Below, one piece after another: positions 1 through 14,800 of a stretch of DNA of 64,000 bases. The stretch spans positions 17,050,001-17,114,000 of the forward strand of contig CM022670.1 in assembly GCA_012295275.1 (NCBI GenBank). Reading direction: 5' to 3'. A program made the translations under genes and the position numbers. Numbering within the stretch: the stretch's first letter is position 1; each line of letters begins with the position of its first letter. The notes beneath the pieces were generated by a model. That model saw only the letters and a list, made by a program, of their open reading frames with translations. It was not told the origin of the DNA and searched no databases. The stretch is from Chrysomallon squamiferum (taxonomy: Eukaryota > Animalia > Mollusca).

Positions 1-2057
1 AATCAGGTTTCGTTATGCTTCAGTAATTTCACCGGGCACAGGTATTTAAAGGTGTGTGTATATATACATTTAATTGTTTTTGTTTCTTTCCTTTACTGAC
101 AGGTATGTAATATACTTTGACTAATTTGTCTGTTGTAATATTTATGTGTTTAAAGTGTTTCTGATATTATATAAAAATAAAAAATAATAATAAAATAAAA
201 AAACAACAACAAAACATCTTATATACATTAATTTCTTATTTGTCTTTGGTGTTCAGTCTTTGCTAACAAAAATGTATACCAGTACAAACTGTTATAACCA
301 AATGTTATTGTAGTGGCTGTTTTGTCACTTTGGAGCTGTACTGGTGACGTCGTCGTGTACGGAACAATAAAAAAAAATATATTTTCTGGAGACTATTTGC
401 ACAGCACTCTTTGCGAATGAAAACATGTGGAAATATAAAACATGTTGAGGTAAAAACAAAAAAAAACTATTAAAAAACCCCACCACAAACCAACATAGAT
501 GGATTCAAAAAGAAAGAAAAGAACAAATATATTTTTTACTAAAACCGAATAGAGAGGAAAAGAAACACAGAGGACAGAAATGGCATCACAATTAAGGCAC
601 TGCACGTTGAAATGACGTTAAATATGGTACTCACTGGCTTATCTATCAGATATCGTTTGACTGACTACACAGGATCAGCTATTGCCATACATCACAGCAA
701 ACCAAAGTTAAGTAATAGTTATCACTATTAGCCGTGAATCACTATTAGCGCATAAGTGGTTTGTGACTGCTTCATTTGCCCTCCGATTCAGGTTACCTGT
801 TGCTGAACCTGCTAAAAATATAGGCCATCGATATCGCGCTATTAAAATGGGCGTATCTGATATGGATAAGCTCTGATTAGTCTCTGTGGAATAAATCGTG
901 TAGGGTTAGGCACAGTGAGTCGCTGATCCAAGGGGTCAGCAGTTGGACGATGGCATCTTTCTGTGTCGTATCAATGTTAATACTGTACGGACACCGCAGC
1001 CTGTTTTGTTAACATCTTCGATCGAGATACTGTATTTTTTTTTAATTCACTCTTGCGTCATAATATTTCTCCACATCGGGGTCTGCCACAAACTACTTGA
1101 CAAAATAATATTAAATTAACTTACAAACGTATGTTTGTACCGATGGCACATGGATCGTAATACATTTATGTTATTTTATGTATATATATGCGTGAGTTTT
1201 AAGCTAATTAGACTGTATTTGTATATTTATACACATACTTGTGTAGGTAACCATTTATCTATCCATCTGTCTGAGTGTGTGTATATGCATGCAGTAATGT
1301 ACGTATGTATGTCAGATGATTTTTTTTATACAAGCTGGGACGCATATAAATATTACCACATTGACTGTGAAATATATGTTAATGATCGTAGGGCAAGCAG
1401 GCGTGAAGATATTTCAATTCATCAGAACGTTCATAAAGAGAAAACAACACAATTATAAATGATTTAAAAATATTTATATATGTAAACTATTTTAATATTA
1501 TTTCTTTACAAGTGATATATAATATAATTATATATATATATATATATTTTAATTCGTATATACATCTTGAATAATAGTAAAACATTCCTGAAAGTAAAAT
1601 ATATAAAAAAAAGTAGGAAAAAAAAAAAAAAAAAGGATTTGTCTGTTTTCCCACACCTAATATATTTTACTTATATCAGACAGGTTTTCAAAAGTTCATT
1701 TTTACCAGCTTATAAAATTATGCTACATACATTATGGTAATAATTAAATTTGTAAAAAGGACGATTTCTAAAAATAAAATAATAAAATCAATAAGAATGA
1801 AAGAAAAGTGTAATACGTTATTTAAAACATAATTTAAAACATAATTTTTTAAAGTTAAAAAAAGACCAAAGAAAATTAAAAAAACCCCAGTTATTAATAT
1901 AATCGTTTTGTGATGCAAACATATGTGTATTTACGTGATCACGACAATCGAGAAACAAACAATAAATAATTGAAAATTCATTTCCAGAATTGTTTAGTCA
2001 TATGTACTAACCTGATCCAAGTTTTAATGTATAATAATTTTATTTTTTTAATTTTTA

Positions 2058-2093
<36 letters not shown>

Positions 2094-3144
2094 TCTTTTT
2101 TTAATGTTTAAATCTGTGTTTTCAAGTAGACCTTAACTGATTTTAATACGTGTTAATATCTACAAAATATAACAGAAATTACATTAATACTATATTAACT
2201 AATAAACAGCGAATCATTAAGTCTGTATTAAATTAATATCATTCTAAAAGCAAACCGATACTGAAAATATATTTAAAAAAAAAAAGAAGAAACAATCAAA
2301 AAAAACTAAAAAAAAAAAAAAAAAAATCAATATTACTGCTAATAAATACACCCATACCAGCAATTATGTAAGAAGTGTACTCTGGCACTAGCCAATTACA
2401 AGAGGTATATCGTTATATATTAAAGGACAAACAACAAACTCCTCGTAGGGTCAAGCCAAATGCAGATCCCATAGATATTTACAACAGTATTTGATTGTAG
2501 ATTCTATATTGATACAGCAGGCATTGTACAAACGAGCTTCTGTAACTGATGGTCAAGGAACAACAACACAACATTTAAGATCGGTTCCTTCCAATCTCTA
2601 AGAAAGATTCCGTCCTGTTTCAGATTTCAAAAATAATTTTTAGAAAGGCCTTCCTGATATGTGTAGTATAATTTATAGTGTCTTTTAATATGCATCATTC
2701 ATTTTCAGCCGATTCAAAGAATTTCACCAGATAACGTCAATTTACAAATTTACTAATTTTACTATTCTCAAAACGGAGTCTGGTTATGGTGTGAACTGAG
2801 TTGAGCGTGATGTCTGTCGTGTGAACGTTAACAAAGAATGTAGGCGTGACAACCAACTGAAGTTTCCGAGAGACCTCCTGAGACCTTAAACCCTTAATCT
2901 GTAGCTCGTTAAGCATCTCAGAACCTGTTAATAGCTACTTTCAGTTTTCACTCCTGATGTAAAATGTATATTTTATACGACGTAGCATTAGAAAATACAT
3001 TCACTATGATAAGTCTTTAAAAAGGGATACACAAAAAAAAAAAAAAATTTTGTTCTCTAAATTCCAAAGAATATTCCTACTAGCTGCTCATATTTGTCTT
3101 TAAATAATCATCCTTCTTTCACCGTAAAGTAACTGAACCCACGT

Positions 3145-3437
3145 TTACAACCGCGCCTCTTCGAAGCTACCGTTGACGTAGCCATTAACGAAATCGTCGT
3201 CCGATTTGCTCGTCATCTCTGTGAGTTCGGTTGTGTTTTCCGCCTTGCCCTCCTCCAGCTCCGCTGCCAGTCGGTCCTCCTCGTCCATTCGACTGAGGAC
3301 ACTTTTAGACAGATGCGCCACGATTCCAGCCCCGTACGCGTCGCCCAGAACATTGATAGCCGTGCGAAACCGGTCACTGGAAATAAAAGTGTATCTTCTG
3401 TGTAACATTAGTGTTTACAGATCCATACTTACACATA

Positions 3438-3483
<46 letters not shown>

Positions 3484-6400
3484 TGCTCAGACATATACAT
3501 ACTCAGACATATACATACATACATAATATACATAACATCACAGAGTAATGGTAGATTGTTTTATAAATTAACTGATTAATTAATTAATTAATTAATAATA
3601 ATAATAATAATTATTATTATTATTATTATTATTATTGTTGTTGTTGTTGTTGTTGTTGTTATCATTATAAAAGTGCTCACAGTAACCAGTCAATGGCGAT
3701 AATGAGTGTGATGTCATCAGTCGGAAAACCAACGGCTGTCAACACTATCACCATGGTAACGAGGCCTGCCTGAGGTACGCCTGCTGCACCAATCGCTGCA
3801 GCCGTTGCTGTAACGCTGAAATAATGAAATGAATGAAGATTTATTTGATTAAGTAGCATGTCAGGATATTAGATAATTTACATATTTTATAATTTCAACA
3901 TAATGTTAATATCAAAAAGGAAAACCCGATGCCGTTATTCACTTTGCTACTTTTATATTTTAGCAGGAATATTTGTCTTATATATATACCTTCCCATGGT
4001 TTGTAAAACTCATAATTATCTTGACCTACAAAAACCAGTCGTGCTGCATGGACTTGGAAAAGGTTCAAGTGGAGTTTTGTTACGGCAACCTACTAAACGA
4101 GTACTTTAAAAACAAGGCTACAGTAGTGCGAAAAATACAAAAGTGTCACGTGTATAAATATTTCAGAGTATTTAAATTCACTGGACCGATGCAAAACAAA
4201 AGAGAATGTTATCTTGCGCTGTTGTATGAATCTGGTATTATGGCCTGTTTCGTGAAAGATCCATTTCATCAAATTTCTTTATACCACGGGCCTGTGCTCG
4301 AGAGATTCATTATATTATATTTATACAAGTTTTTAAAAGTCTTTAAAACTATACTCCGCTTGAATGGTTCTTCTGAACTACAGATATTTAGCATTTTTAA
4401 TTTGTGTGGTGTACCCAAAAGCCCGATAACGTTAACTCAGGGCTGTGTCATATCTTATAAAAAGACTAAAAACGTAAACATTTTTTTTTACTTGCAGAGT
4501 TAGATCATTCATCTTATTTGATTGGCTCTGATCCAGATAATGCGACAAATGTGTTTGACACTTCTGAATTAGTTTTAGTTACGTGTAGGTATCAGTGTAC
4601 AATGTCAGAAGTAACATGGCTAATGCACAATGTACAATGGCTATCAGTGTACATGTGCATCCGTGCACAATGTCAGAACTAACAAAACTACATTTTAAAA
4701 GTTACATTTTTTAGATTTAGCATGAAAAAAAAAAAATTGGAGATGATACTGGACATTTTTATTTTACGCAACAGTCAATAGGCAAATGGTCGTTAGAATG
4801 AAGTTGTTTTGACCAATAGTGCATTGCCTTCGAAAAAACGGAACCAGCAGCAGATGCTACTGTTAATTGCAACTTGATTAACCCCGCCTTGCTGTGGCAC
4901 AGAAACAGAATAACACTACTTCATCATCTGTTCGTTTGACTACAGAAAGAAGTAGATCAATAAGGAAATATGTCTAATTACTGCGATTTTTTATGTTTCT
5001 CAGTTTTAACATTCATTACAACCGTGAATCTCCTATGCTCTCCCACAGAGGTATGTTAATAACTTTATAGTCCCATGCATTTCAGTGCGCTCCTTATGCG
5101 TTTGTTCGGCTGATCCATTTACCACGAATGCACACTTTCGAGTCCATTTACAAAATTATTCATAGCTAGCTAAATATAAATTTTCGATAGCAAAGTCTAC
5201 GCCATATAATGATTATATTCCATTTTGACATTTTTATAGTTAAATGACATGCACATTAAAGAAACAATGGGCATTCTTGATGACATTATGCGTTATCTTT
5301 CGGATAATTTTAATTAATTATAAAGTACAACAGGAAAACATTTTTAAAATATTTGGGTAGCGCCATTATACTATTATTTGGACATCACAGCTACCATCAG
5401 GTACATACTTGATGACGTCACAGTTCTAATTGTGAAGTAGTAAAATAGCGGCATTCAGATACTGGTATTTTGTAACAGTATCATATTACTGATATACTTA
5501 GACGATGTGACAACAGTCACATAGACATTTATTAGACCACTAATTCGCACCACCACAGTACGCTTTAAATTTAACTTTTATTTTTTTTATAGATACGGCT
5601 TAAATATACATAAACGGCGTGACATACGAAACAGTTCGTCCGTGGATTAAATTAATTTACTGAAACAATTACCTGACTGTGACAACGCTGCCAATTGTTA
5701 AATCGAAGTCGTTCACTTGGCCAATGAAAATAACAGCTACGGCTTCATAAAGAGCTGTTCCGTCCATGTTTATAGTTGCTCCTACAGGAGCCACGAATTT
5801 CGTTACCCGGGAATCGACACCATTGTTTTTCTCCAAACAGTCTATAGTTATTGGAAGAGTAGCAGAACTGAAAAGGAAAAGAATGTTTATTTTATTATTT
5901 GATTACGATTTAGATGTTACGAAATGCAGTTAGGAAACTGACAAAAGCTACCGATGTTTGCTACAGATTTAAAACAAAAATGTATCAGTTGTTTCTGACG
6001 CTAACTTTGAACTAAAAATTCTAATATATGTTGTTTTTGTAACTACCACGTATTCAACTCTGAACATACCTTTCTTACATTTGTTATTTATTTATTATAT
6101 ACCTATTTACATACTAAATTAATTGATACTATATTCTGCACATAATTATTTATGTATATGTATTCTTATTTACTTCGTTTTGTATTGATTTGGTTCAGGA
6201 TTGAAATCAAACACAATTCAAATAGTTCAGATTATTGGATTTTTTGTTGTGATGGTGGTGATGGTAGTAATATTAACAACAGCAATAGTAAGTAGTAGAA
6301 TGGAAAAGTAGTAGAAATGGGTTTAACTAACAGGAATAACAGTTGTTGCAGTAGAAGTAGAAGTAATAGGAGAGTTTAGTAGTAGTCGTAGCAACAGTAA

Positions 6401-9377
6401 CAGAAATCGTAGTAATATTACTAGTAGTAGTAAGAGTAGTATTAGTAGTTATGACGGTTGAGCAGCAGTAGCAGTAGTAATAGTAGTAGCAGCATTATAA
6501 TAGTAGTAATAGTAGTTGGTAGTAGTAGTGGTAACTGTTGATGTTATAGTAATAAAAGTAGTTGCAGTAGTAGTAGTAGCTGTTGTTGTTATAGTAGTAA
6601 AAGTAGTTGCAGTAGTAGTAGTAGCTGTTGTTGTTATAGTAGTAAGAGTAGTTGCAGTAGTAGTAGTAGTACTTGTTGTTGTTGTTGTTGTTGTTGTAGC
6701 AGTAGCGGCAGTGTGACAGAAGTAGTGTAGTGGTAGCACTAATAGTAATGAATGAATGATTAAATGAATAAGAGATGTTTTAGTTTTGTAATCGAGACGC
6801 ACCTGGACGATGTTCCCAGGGCAGTGAGGATGGCCTGGACGACTCCCAGCATGTACTTGAACGGGTTTTTCCTCACTATCACAGCGTAAATGGCTGGCAG
6901 GGTTATGAAGCCGTGTCCAACGAGTCCGCACATGACGGTGATCATGTAAAACAGCAGCTGCTGAAACGTCTTTTCAATGTCCTTCATCTCAACTACCTTT
7001 GCTGCGACCAGAAACATCACTCCAATAGGCGAATACCTGTAATAATATAGTGGTATAATAATATTAGTAGGACTGGTAGTAGGAGTAAAAACAGAAGGAG
7101 CAATAACTGCTCGAATGAAAAGGTAATGGTAAAGGGGGCGTTGTAGCAGCAGTAGCACTAGTAGTAGTGGTGCATCGTATAGCGGTAGCAGTAGTGATGG
7201 TGGTGATGGCAGTGACAATAGTAATAGCAGTGGTGATGGCAGTTAACTATGGTGGTGATTGTGGTTGTAATAACAGAAGATGTAGCTGCAGCAGAAGAAG
7301 GGGCAGCACTGATTCTGGTAGTAGTAGCAGTATGGTGTTAATTATATGACAGAAATACATCGTATGACACTATACGTAAATGTCAAACTACAACTGTCTA
7401 TGTGACAGTACAGTATGTTAGGTGATTCTTTACTGAATATCACAGGATAATTGATAAAATGTCAATTCAGAGACTAAATAAAATACAATAGTTGACCACA
7501 TCTATCACAACCAACTAAAAACGGATATGAAAATTAAAATTCAAAAAGTAAAATTAATGTTTTGCAATAAATCCTTTTAATGAAGGATTTATTGCAAAAC
7601 GTTAATTTTATTTTTTAATCTCTTACATGATTATTTTGTTTATTACTTCATGACTATTTCTCGCTGTAACTGAGTGACTATATTTAACTATAACACTAAC
7701 CAGATAACGATGTGGACAAGCTGCATGATGGCCTCGCAGAGAGAGTCAAACAGATCTTTGAGTGGTTTCCCCTTCTCTCCCATTTTTCCTATAATGATCC
7801 CAAAGGCAATGGAAAAAACGACGAGACCCAGAACATTCATTCCCGGCACCTTCATTGTTACTGATTTGTACTCTTTTTCTACAGCTGTTAAATAATAAGA
7901 AGAAGAAGAAGAAGAATAGCAATAATGGTAATAATAATAGTAAAAATAATATTAATAATAATGATAGCAATAAGAACAACAGTAATGACAAAAACAACAA
8001 CAACAACAACAACAATAATAATAATAATAATAAATTCTATAACTCACTATATATCTTTGGGGGGTTGCTTGTTCTTTTTTGTTGTTGCTGTTGTTTTGTT
8101 TTTGTTGTTTTTTTTGTTTTTTTTTTTTTTTTTGTTTTTTATGTTAATAAATTTACTTTATATATATATTATTATAATTATAATACTGTGCTGTTGTTTT
8201 TGTTATTCAAATACCTGTGTCGTTCGCTGTTATGTTAGAAGGTTCTTGGGGTGTCACCGCTACTTGTTTCGTTACTGGCTACAAATATATGAAAAACAGA
8301 CAATTTCAGATGCAGAAATATTCGCAATATGTCTAAAAACTATCCACAATATAACAGTTAATATACTACTTCGAAAAATATCCTCCCATTATGCCTACAG
8401 TCCACTTTGTCTGAACTCAATTTGCATACAGCGTAAAAACGTGACATCCCCAGTTAAAATTGGAACGTCCGATATTATGGTCACTATTTTTAAGAAAAAA
8501 TATTACAAAATAATGTGACATCACATATTTTGTACACTGTTCAAAACAATATTTTTAGAATATGGCACGTGTAGTCGATCGTCTACAGTGCTGAGTCTAC
8601 CACTGCAGCAATTGCCAACGTTTAGCTTACTGACGAAGACATTATTTCAGTCGCTGTCGGAAACCTCCACAGAAGATTTGTGGGCCACCTTTTGGTGATG
8701 TAATAAATTTAACTCTTTGTAACCAGGACAAAGAATCATGCAATCACGAGATCACTGGACTAACTCTAATCACCATAAAGATCAAAAATCCACTTTTCAT
8801 AACGAAGCCCAAATTACGTTATTTATATTACTTCAACCTTAACTATTTATATAATGATTATTATTATTAATTTGGTTTGCTATGCGAAAATAATAGGGTT
8901 ATCTGGGAATGTTCTTTTTTTTAATACTCTAGGCAAACTGGGTGGAGGCAAAATGTGCGGGAATCCTGCGAAGTTCTGACTAAGCGAAAACCGGAATTTT
9001 TAATTCATTTATCAGTGGCAATAATCGTAAAACTAACTGTGTGTTTTAAAATTTCTCTGATTTCTAAAGGCTGTAGAATTAATTTAAAGAATTCATTTAG
9101 GAAAGGATTTTTATGACAAAAAGAAGTTAGAAATACCTTCTGAAAACATGCCTCGACCAAGTTATCAGTGAAACACTGCCTGAAAAATAAATAAACAGAG
9201 AGAAATGAGTCTTAACAATTAACCAACCCTCTGTCTGTTTCTCGTTTTTTTTTTTTTTTTATCTCCATCTCTGTCTCTATTTAGACATACACATACACTG
9301 AATATGTGAGAAAGAGAGACAGAAACAGATAAGGAAAGAGAGACAGAGATAAAGAAAGATAGATAATGTTATTACCT

Positions 9378-9430
<53 letters not shown>

Positions 9431-10579
9431 GTGTCAGTGCCCAAATTATAGAAATCTGTCAAGTCATCATTTGTGCCACTACGTACAGGGACTGCAGGAT
9501 ATATATATATATATATTAGTAGTCGAAGTTCTGTAGTTCAAATATTGATTTGTAATTAGATCTTATGTAAATTCCTCTTGAGTATGTACACCTGACTCTA
9601 TATCTGCCTTTGTTTAAGAGTATCACTGTATTTCTATATTTCTTTCTCTGTCTCACTCTTAATCTATTTGTATAGATGGCAGTTATGTAGATATACAGAT
9701 AGACAAAAAGACAAACAGACAGAGAGACTGAAACGCTAATACAGTCACAAATGCGGAGACACCTATGTATACCCAGAAGGAAATACAATAGATATAATTA
9801 CATATATCAAGATTTGAACAGAAAACACTTTAGATCTTCAGCTACTGAAAAGTAAGGATTACTCTAAAAATATATTTTAATTTGTATTCGTACGGTAACA
9901 CAGTGGAAGATTTTAGCTGGGCGTTTAAGTTTGCAGTAACTCAAGATAATTTCAATATCAAAAGAATTAATATAGAATGATAACATCAATATTGCCACTA
10001 ACAAGTTCTTGGAACGAATGATACTGACATTTCCTATTGTTGGATTAAATTTCGCTGTCACTGTAGTCTTGGTAAATAATGTAACAAAACAGAAGTAATT
10101 CAAGAAAACATTATATGCAAAAAAAGACTGGGATACTCGGTCTTGTTTGTGTAAAATACTGTAGAACTATGTAATGATTCTTTGCGATTAAGAACTTCGG
10201 CTGTATTATAATCATTGCTGTTGTTGTTGCTGCTGCTGTTGTGATGATGATGATAGCAATTTTATTTAAATTACACTTAAGAGGACTTGGGTTCGAATCC
10301 ATTACAAATTTGTCTGTTATTTTTGTTATTATTATTATTACGTTTTTTTTTTTTTTTTTTTTTTGTTTTATAGAATCTAAAAACGTTTAATTATTCCTTT
10401 TCGTTTATTTACTAGATAAAGGTTTCCATGACAGCAAAACTAGAACCGAGACAGAACATAATTTACTTTGGAAGGGAAATAACTCTAAAATATCAACGTC
10501 AAAAATATGGTCATGTTATGTTTCTTCAAATGCATTTAATAAATTATGTTTGAAACAGACCATAATTATTTTATTTATT

Positions 10580-10642
<63 letters not shown>

Positions 10643-11802
10643 TTAATCAGTATTAAGTAATATTCTGAAATCATGAAAAATAAAATTTAAAATAAATAAA
10701 CAAAAAGTGTTGTTGTTATAAAAAGTTACAACACGAATCGAACTCGGCACCCACTTGTAAACATAACAATTGTGTCCTTGAAGTTTTTTTTTTTTTTTTT
10801 TTTTTTACACTTCAGTATGAAGAGACCTCCATTAAGAATGCGGGTATCGTTGACGTAACATTCCACAAATAACGACCCCAGGCTTGTTGATATTACGGCA
10901 AGTGCAAATAATTGCACAGCATTATTGGACAGAACGGTGACAGGAATTACAACAAGAACAAAAAGTTGATTATGTTGTTTGACTAAGGAGTTTCCTTGAC
11001 AACCCTCGTTGTGTTCTGTTTCACTCACTCGTGTCGTTTGTGTATTTAATAAAGAAAGTTATACGAAATGAATAAAAGACTTTGAAACGTTTTTTGCTAA
11101 GTTTTAATTTAATTTAAAAAATAAATCAGCTTGTGAAAAAGAAAGGAAAAGATAAGAAAATATTAAAAGATATATTTTATTTATTTATTTTTTTAACTTT
11201 TTTAAAAATGTATGTGTAATAATTTACCAAGTATACTGAACTTCAGTCTCTGTATAATAAGTAATTGCTGCTCCTTTGAGAAGCAATAAACTACAGATTA
11301 GACATAATCGATTTGCCCATTTGTGACCCAGTCAAAGAATAATAAGACATAAGCGACATCAACAACGGTTTATGAAAATTTTTATTTTTATTTATTTTTT
11401 TTTTTTTGTATCGTACAGCTTTTAATTCCTTCTTTCGTGTGTGTCACCATTTTTCGAGAATAATAAACATAAATACCACAATGATAACGCGTTATATAAT
11501 TAAAAATGTTTTACTGAAGTTATCGTGAGTCTTTAATAATAGCCACGTCTGCTCGGGGCGGATTAATGTTTTTGTAAGTAGTCCTCATAGCAAGCCACTC
11601 CGCACTCGACCTATTTTCAGTGTGTGTTAAATCAATAATCGGATAAATATTAAATTTCTCGTTATAATCAGGATCGTCAATATGGCGATACATAAACTTT
11701 ATGTCACATCGAATATTATATGTTGAATAGAATTTTAAACAAAAAGTTCCAAAAGGGGCTTCTTTACTTACTCCTGAAGTTAAGAAGAAGAAGAAGAAGA
11801 AT

Positions 11803-11841
<39 letters not shown>

Positions 11842-14800
11842 AATAATAATAATAATTATTATTATCAAATAAAAATAAGGGAATAATTATTTTAAAAAAA
11901 CAACACAAGAATACATATATAACTGCATACTGAAAACTCATTTAATTTTAATTTTATGAAAATTACAATAAATGTGTACCATCTGCCAGACATTATTTTG
12001 ATAGCGCTTTTTTATTTTTTATTTTATTTTAATATTCTAGAATAATTTTATTAATAACTTGGCGACACACACGTACACACACACACACACACGTATACAC
12101 ACATATTCATCACTCTGCAAACTGAATAAAACAATGCAAATCTACCGTTCTTATCAGACTGTTGCAAAACAAGAGAAATATTCATGACAAAGGTTTCTTT
12201 CGAGAAATAAACAGATACACACCTGTGTGTAGGATACTGTTAGCAAAGACTCATGGCGAGAAACAAACACTAAGTCGTGTTTGTAAGAGTTTAAACGAAC
12301 AGGAATGTAAGTGATGGATAATTGTTCAGCTCTGTTCTGAGAAGGGAAAGGGTAAGCTGGTTTCACACTTCTCATGTTGACATTTATCTACTGGATGTCC
12401 TCTATAAATATCAAACGGACAAACACAGAACAGACATGCGAGAACAGCCAATTTTAAAAACATCGCGATAACCAATGATTTTCTTAACCGGTCAGCTAGC
12501 CATTACATTATTTTATTCTGTCAGTTATCATTATCATACACCTTCATTCATTATTTCCGCCTGTCATTTTAATTCATTCAGTAGTCAGTTAACTATCAGT
12601 CTTTCATCTTCATTTTTACATTCAGTAATTTTTTTTTTTTTTTTTTTTTCAGGCACTTGGTCTCTTTTTCTCATATATTCATTCAATCAGTCACTCATTC
12701 TTTCGTATATTCATTCATTAAGTGAGTCATTCTCTGATTTTAATACAAAGATTTCGTGTTTTAAACCATAATCATCATCATTATTATAACAGTTTGTGTT
12801 TTTGTTATTGTTGTTGTTGTTGATGTTATTATTGTTGTTGTTGTCGATAATGATTATGTTATTATTCTTTCTTATTTTGCTGTCGTCGTTGATATTATTA
12901 TTATTATTATTATTGAAAATCCAAGTTCAATTCGGATGTACTGTTAAAAGTCTTTATTTAATAAAGGTTAAAACGTCACAGTGTAAATATTTACACTGCG
13001 ACGACAACGACGACGGCCCAGTGTGTCAGTGTGACAAAAGGTGTATCTGAACACAAGGATGTAAGCGACATCATTGTGCGTGATGAGAATAAAGAGTAGC
13101 GCCTGTTACAAGTAAGAATTAAACCTCTTGCCCAGCGGACTCATAACGCAAAGAATGAGGGGAGGTGTACGATCAAACACTGTCTACTAAATACGTAGAC
13201 TACACAGCCTTACACGTATTACCGGTTATATTTACACACATCGCTAAGAAAACGACAAATCATCCACTTCGTCAAAAGTGTTTCAATACAAAATGTTTGC
13301 CTGTATAAGCATAACTCGATGGTAGTGCATAACATGTGAATTTTTCTTTTGAATGTGTATACAGACCGCTGAATACTTGGACATGATGAATGTTAATAGT
13401 AAGATCCGAGGGCTTTTCAAGAATGTAATATTCCTTCTCTGTGTTTCTGACACTGGAAATTACAACACGTCATGATTGTAAATGTTTCTGTCGAACTTTT
13501 AAATGTAATGTCACGAACGTTGTTGTTAAAAACTGTGCCTTTTGATATAAAAGACATCTTCTAAACATGTTTGGGGTCTCTTTAGTTATGGGAGACAGAG
13601 AGGACGATTTGCCCGAAATTGTATGTGTATAAAAGCTTGCTTTTCCCATATTTTTTCTCACTATTTTGTCCGAACGTGGAAAAACTGATGCCTTCCTGAA
13701 GCCATGATTTGCAAGCCCAAACTTCGAAATATTCAATTAATTCTCGTTATATATCGTATATACATGGAAGTGTGAATATATCGATGTGAGAATAGCATCA
13801 ACTCTATGTATTATATCATTCTGAATCATAAAGTACAGAAACATATTTAGACTCGCTAAAATACTTTTAAGAAGATAAGATAATAAATTGGGTACTTTGT
13901 CATGTTATTGTTATTCCTAAAAGCATATTCCTTTAGTCTGAGGAAATCATATAACATACATTTTTGAAAACTGACAGGAATGGAAGATAGGCCAAAGTGA
14001 GCACAGTGAGGAACTGATCCTGGGACCTGTAATGTTTCAGACGAGCACCTGCCGACAACAGAAGAGTATTGTTAACTTAGCCTGTCGTCATCTATGAGCT
14101 GTCCCAGTATTTGAATCATTTTAATAATGTAGCACGATGTCTTTCTGAACTGTAACAAAATCGCCTGGGTCAATAGTTCTTTGTTTAACACATAATCCCT
14201 TTGTTTTGATGCAAACAGAGAGTAAAGACAGGTCACAACATAATTTTAGTCAATAGGATGTGACCTGTTTTCATTTCACTTTCAAAATGACATTAAACTG
14301 TTCTTTGATCTGCTTAAGATAAAATTCTGTCAGATGCTTTTATCACATGCAACTTATTAACAGGTGCACATTTTTTTTTTGTTTGTTCTTTATTGCAAAG
14401 TAACCTTTATTCGTCTTAAATCGTGACATTAATATATGAATGGATTAAATTAATTTATTTTTAGGTGAAGTTTATGTCTAGTTATATAAAAAACGAGTGT
14501 TATTCTTTAGTACATATTAACTGTCGATTTTAATTATTAATACGTCGCTGTATATTATTATAAATTTAAACATAACATTTTATATTATTCATTCAGAAAT
14601 TTGACACTGCAAAAACAATAAAGAGTATTTTAATTACTATGAATTTTATTATTTATTAAAATTTTCAATTCAGGTGTTAAGTGGAACATTATTTGATTTC
14701 TGTTAGATCAAGCGCTGAGCGGGAATTGTTTTGTACTTGATGGACTTAGATATACTGACATCACGACATATTGTTCGGAAACTATTAAACATTGCAGCAT

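Noticed and set aside
5413-5420. Perfect CRE palindrome TGACGTCA in an EAAT intron
   Set aside because: A single 8-mer with no supporting context.
6449-6931. Thr-rich 160-aa ORF and Val-rich antisense ORF
   Set aside because: Wrong-frame reading of an EAAT exon running into an intronic trinucleotide repeat.
14008-14057. Faint tRNA-derived SINE-like fragment; other possible repeat remnants near 21548-21622 and 41585-41605
   Set aside because: Too short and degenerate to call without a repeat library.
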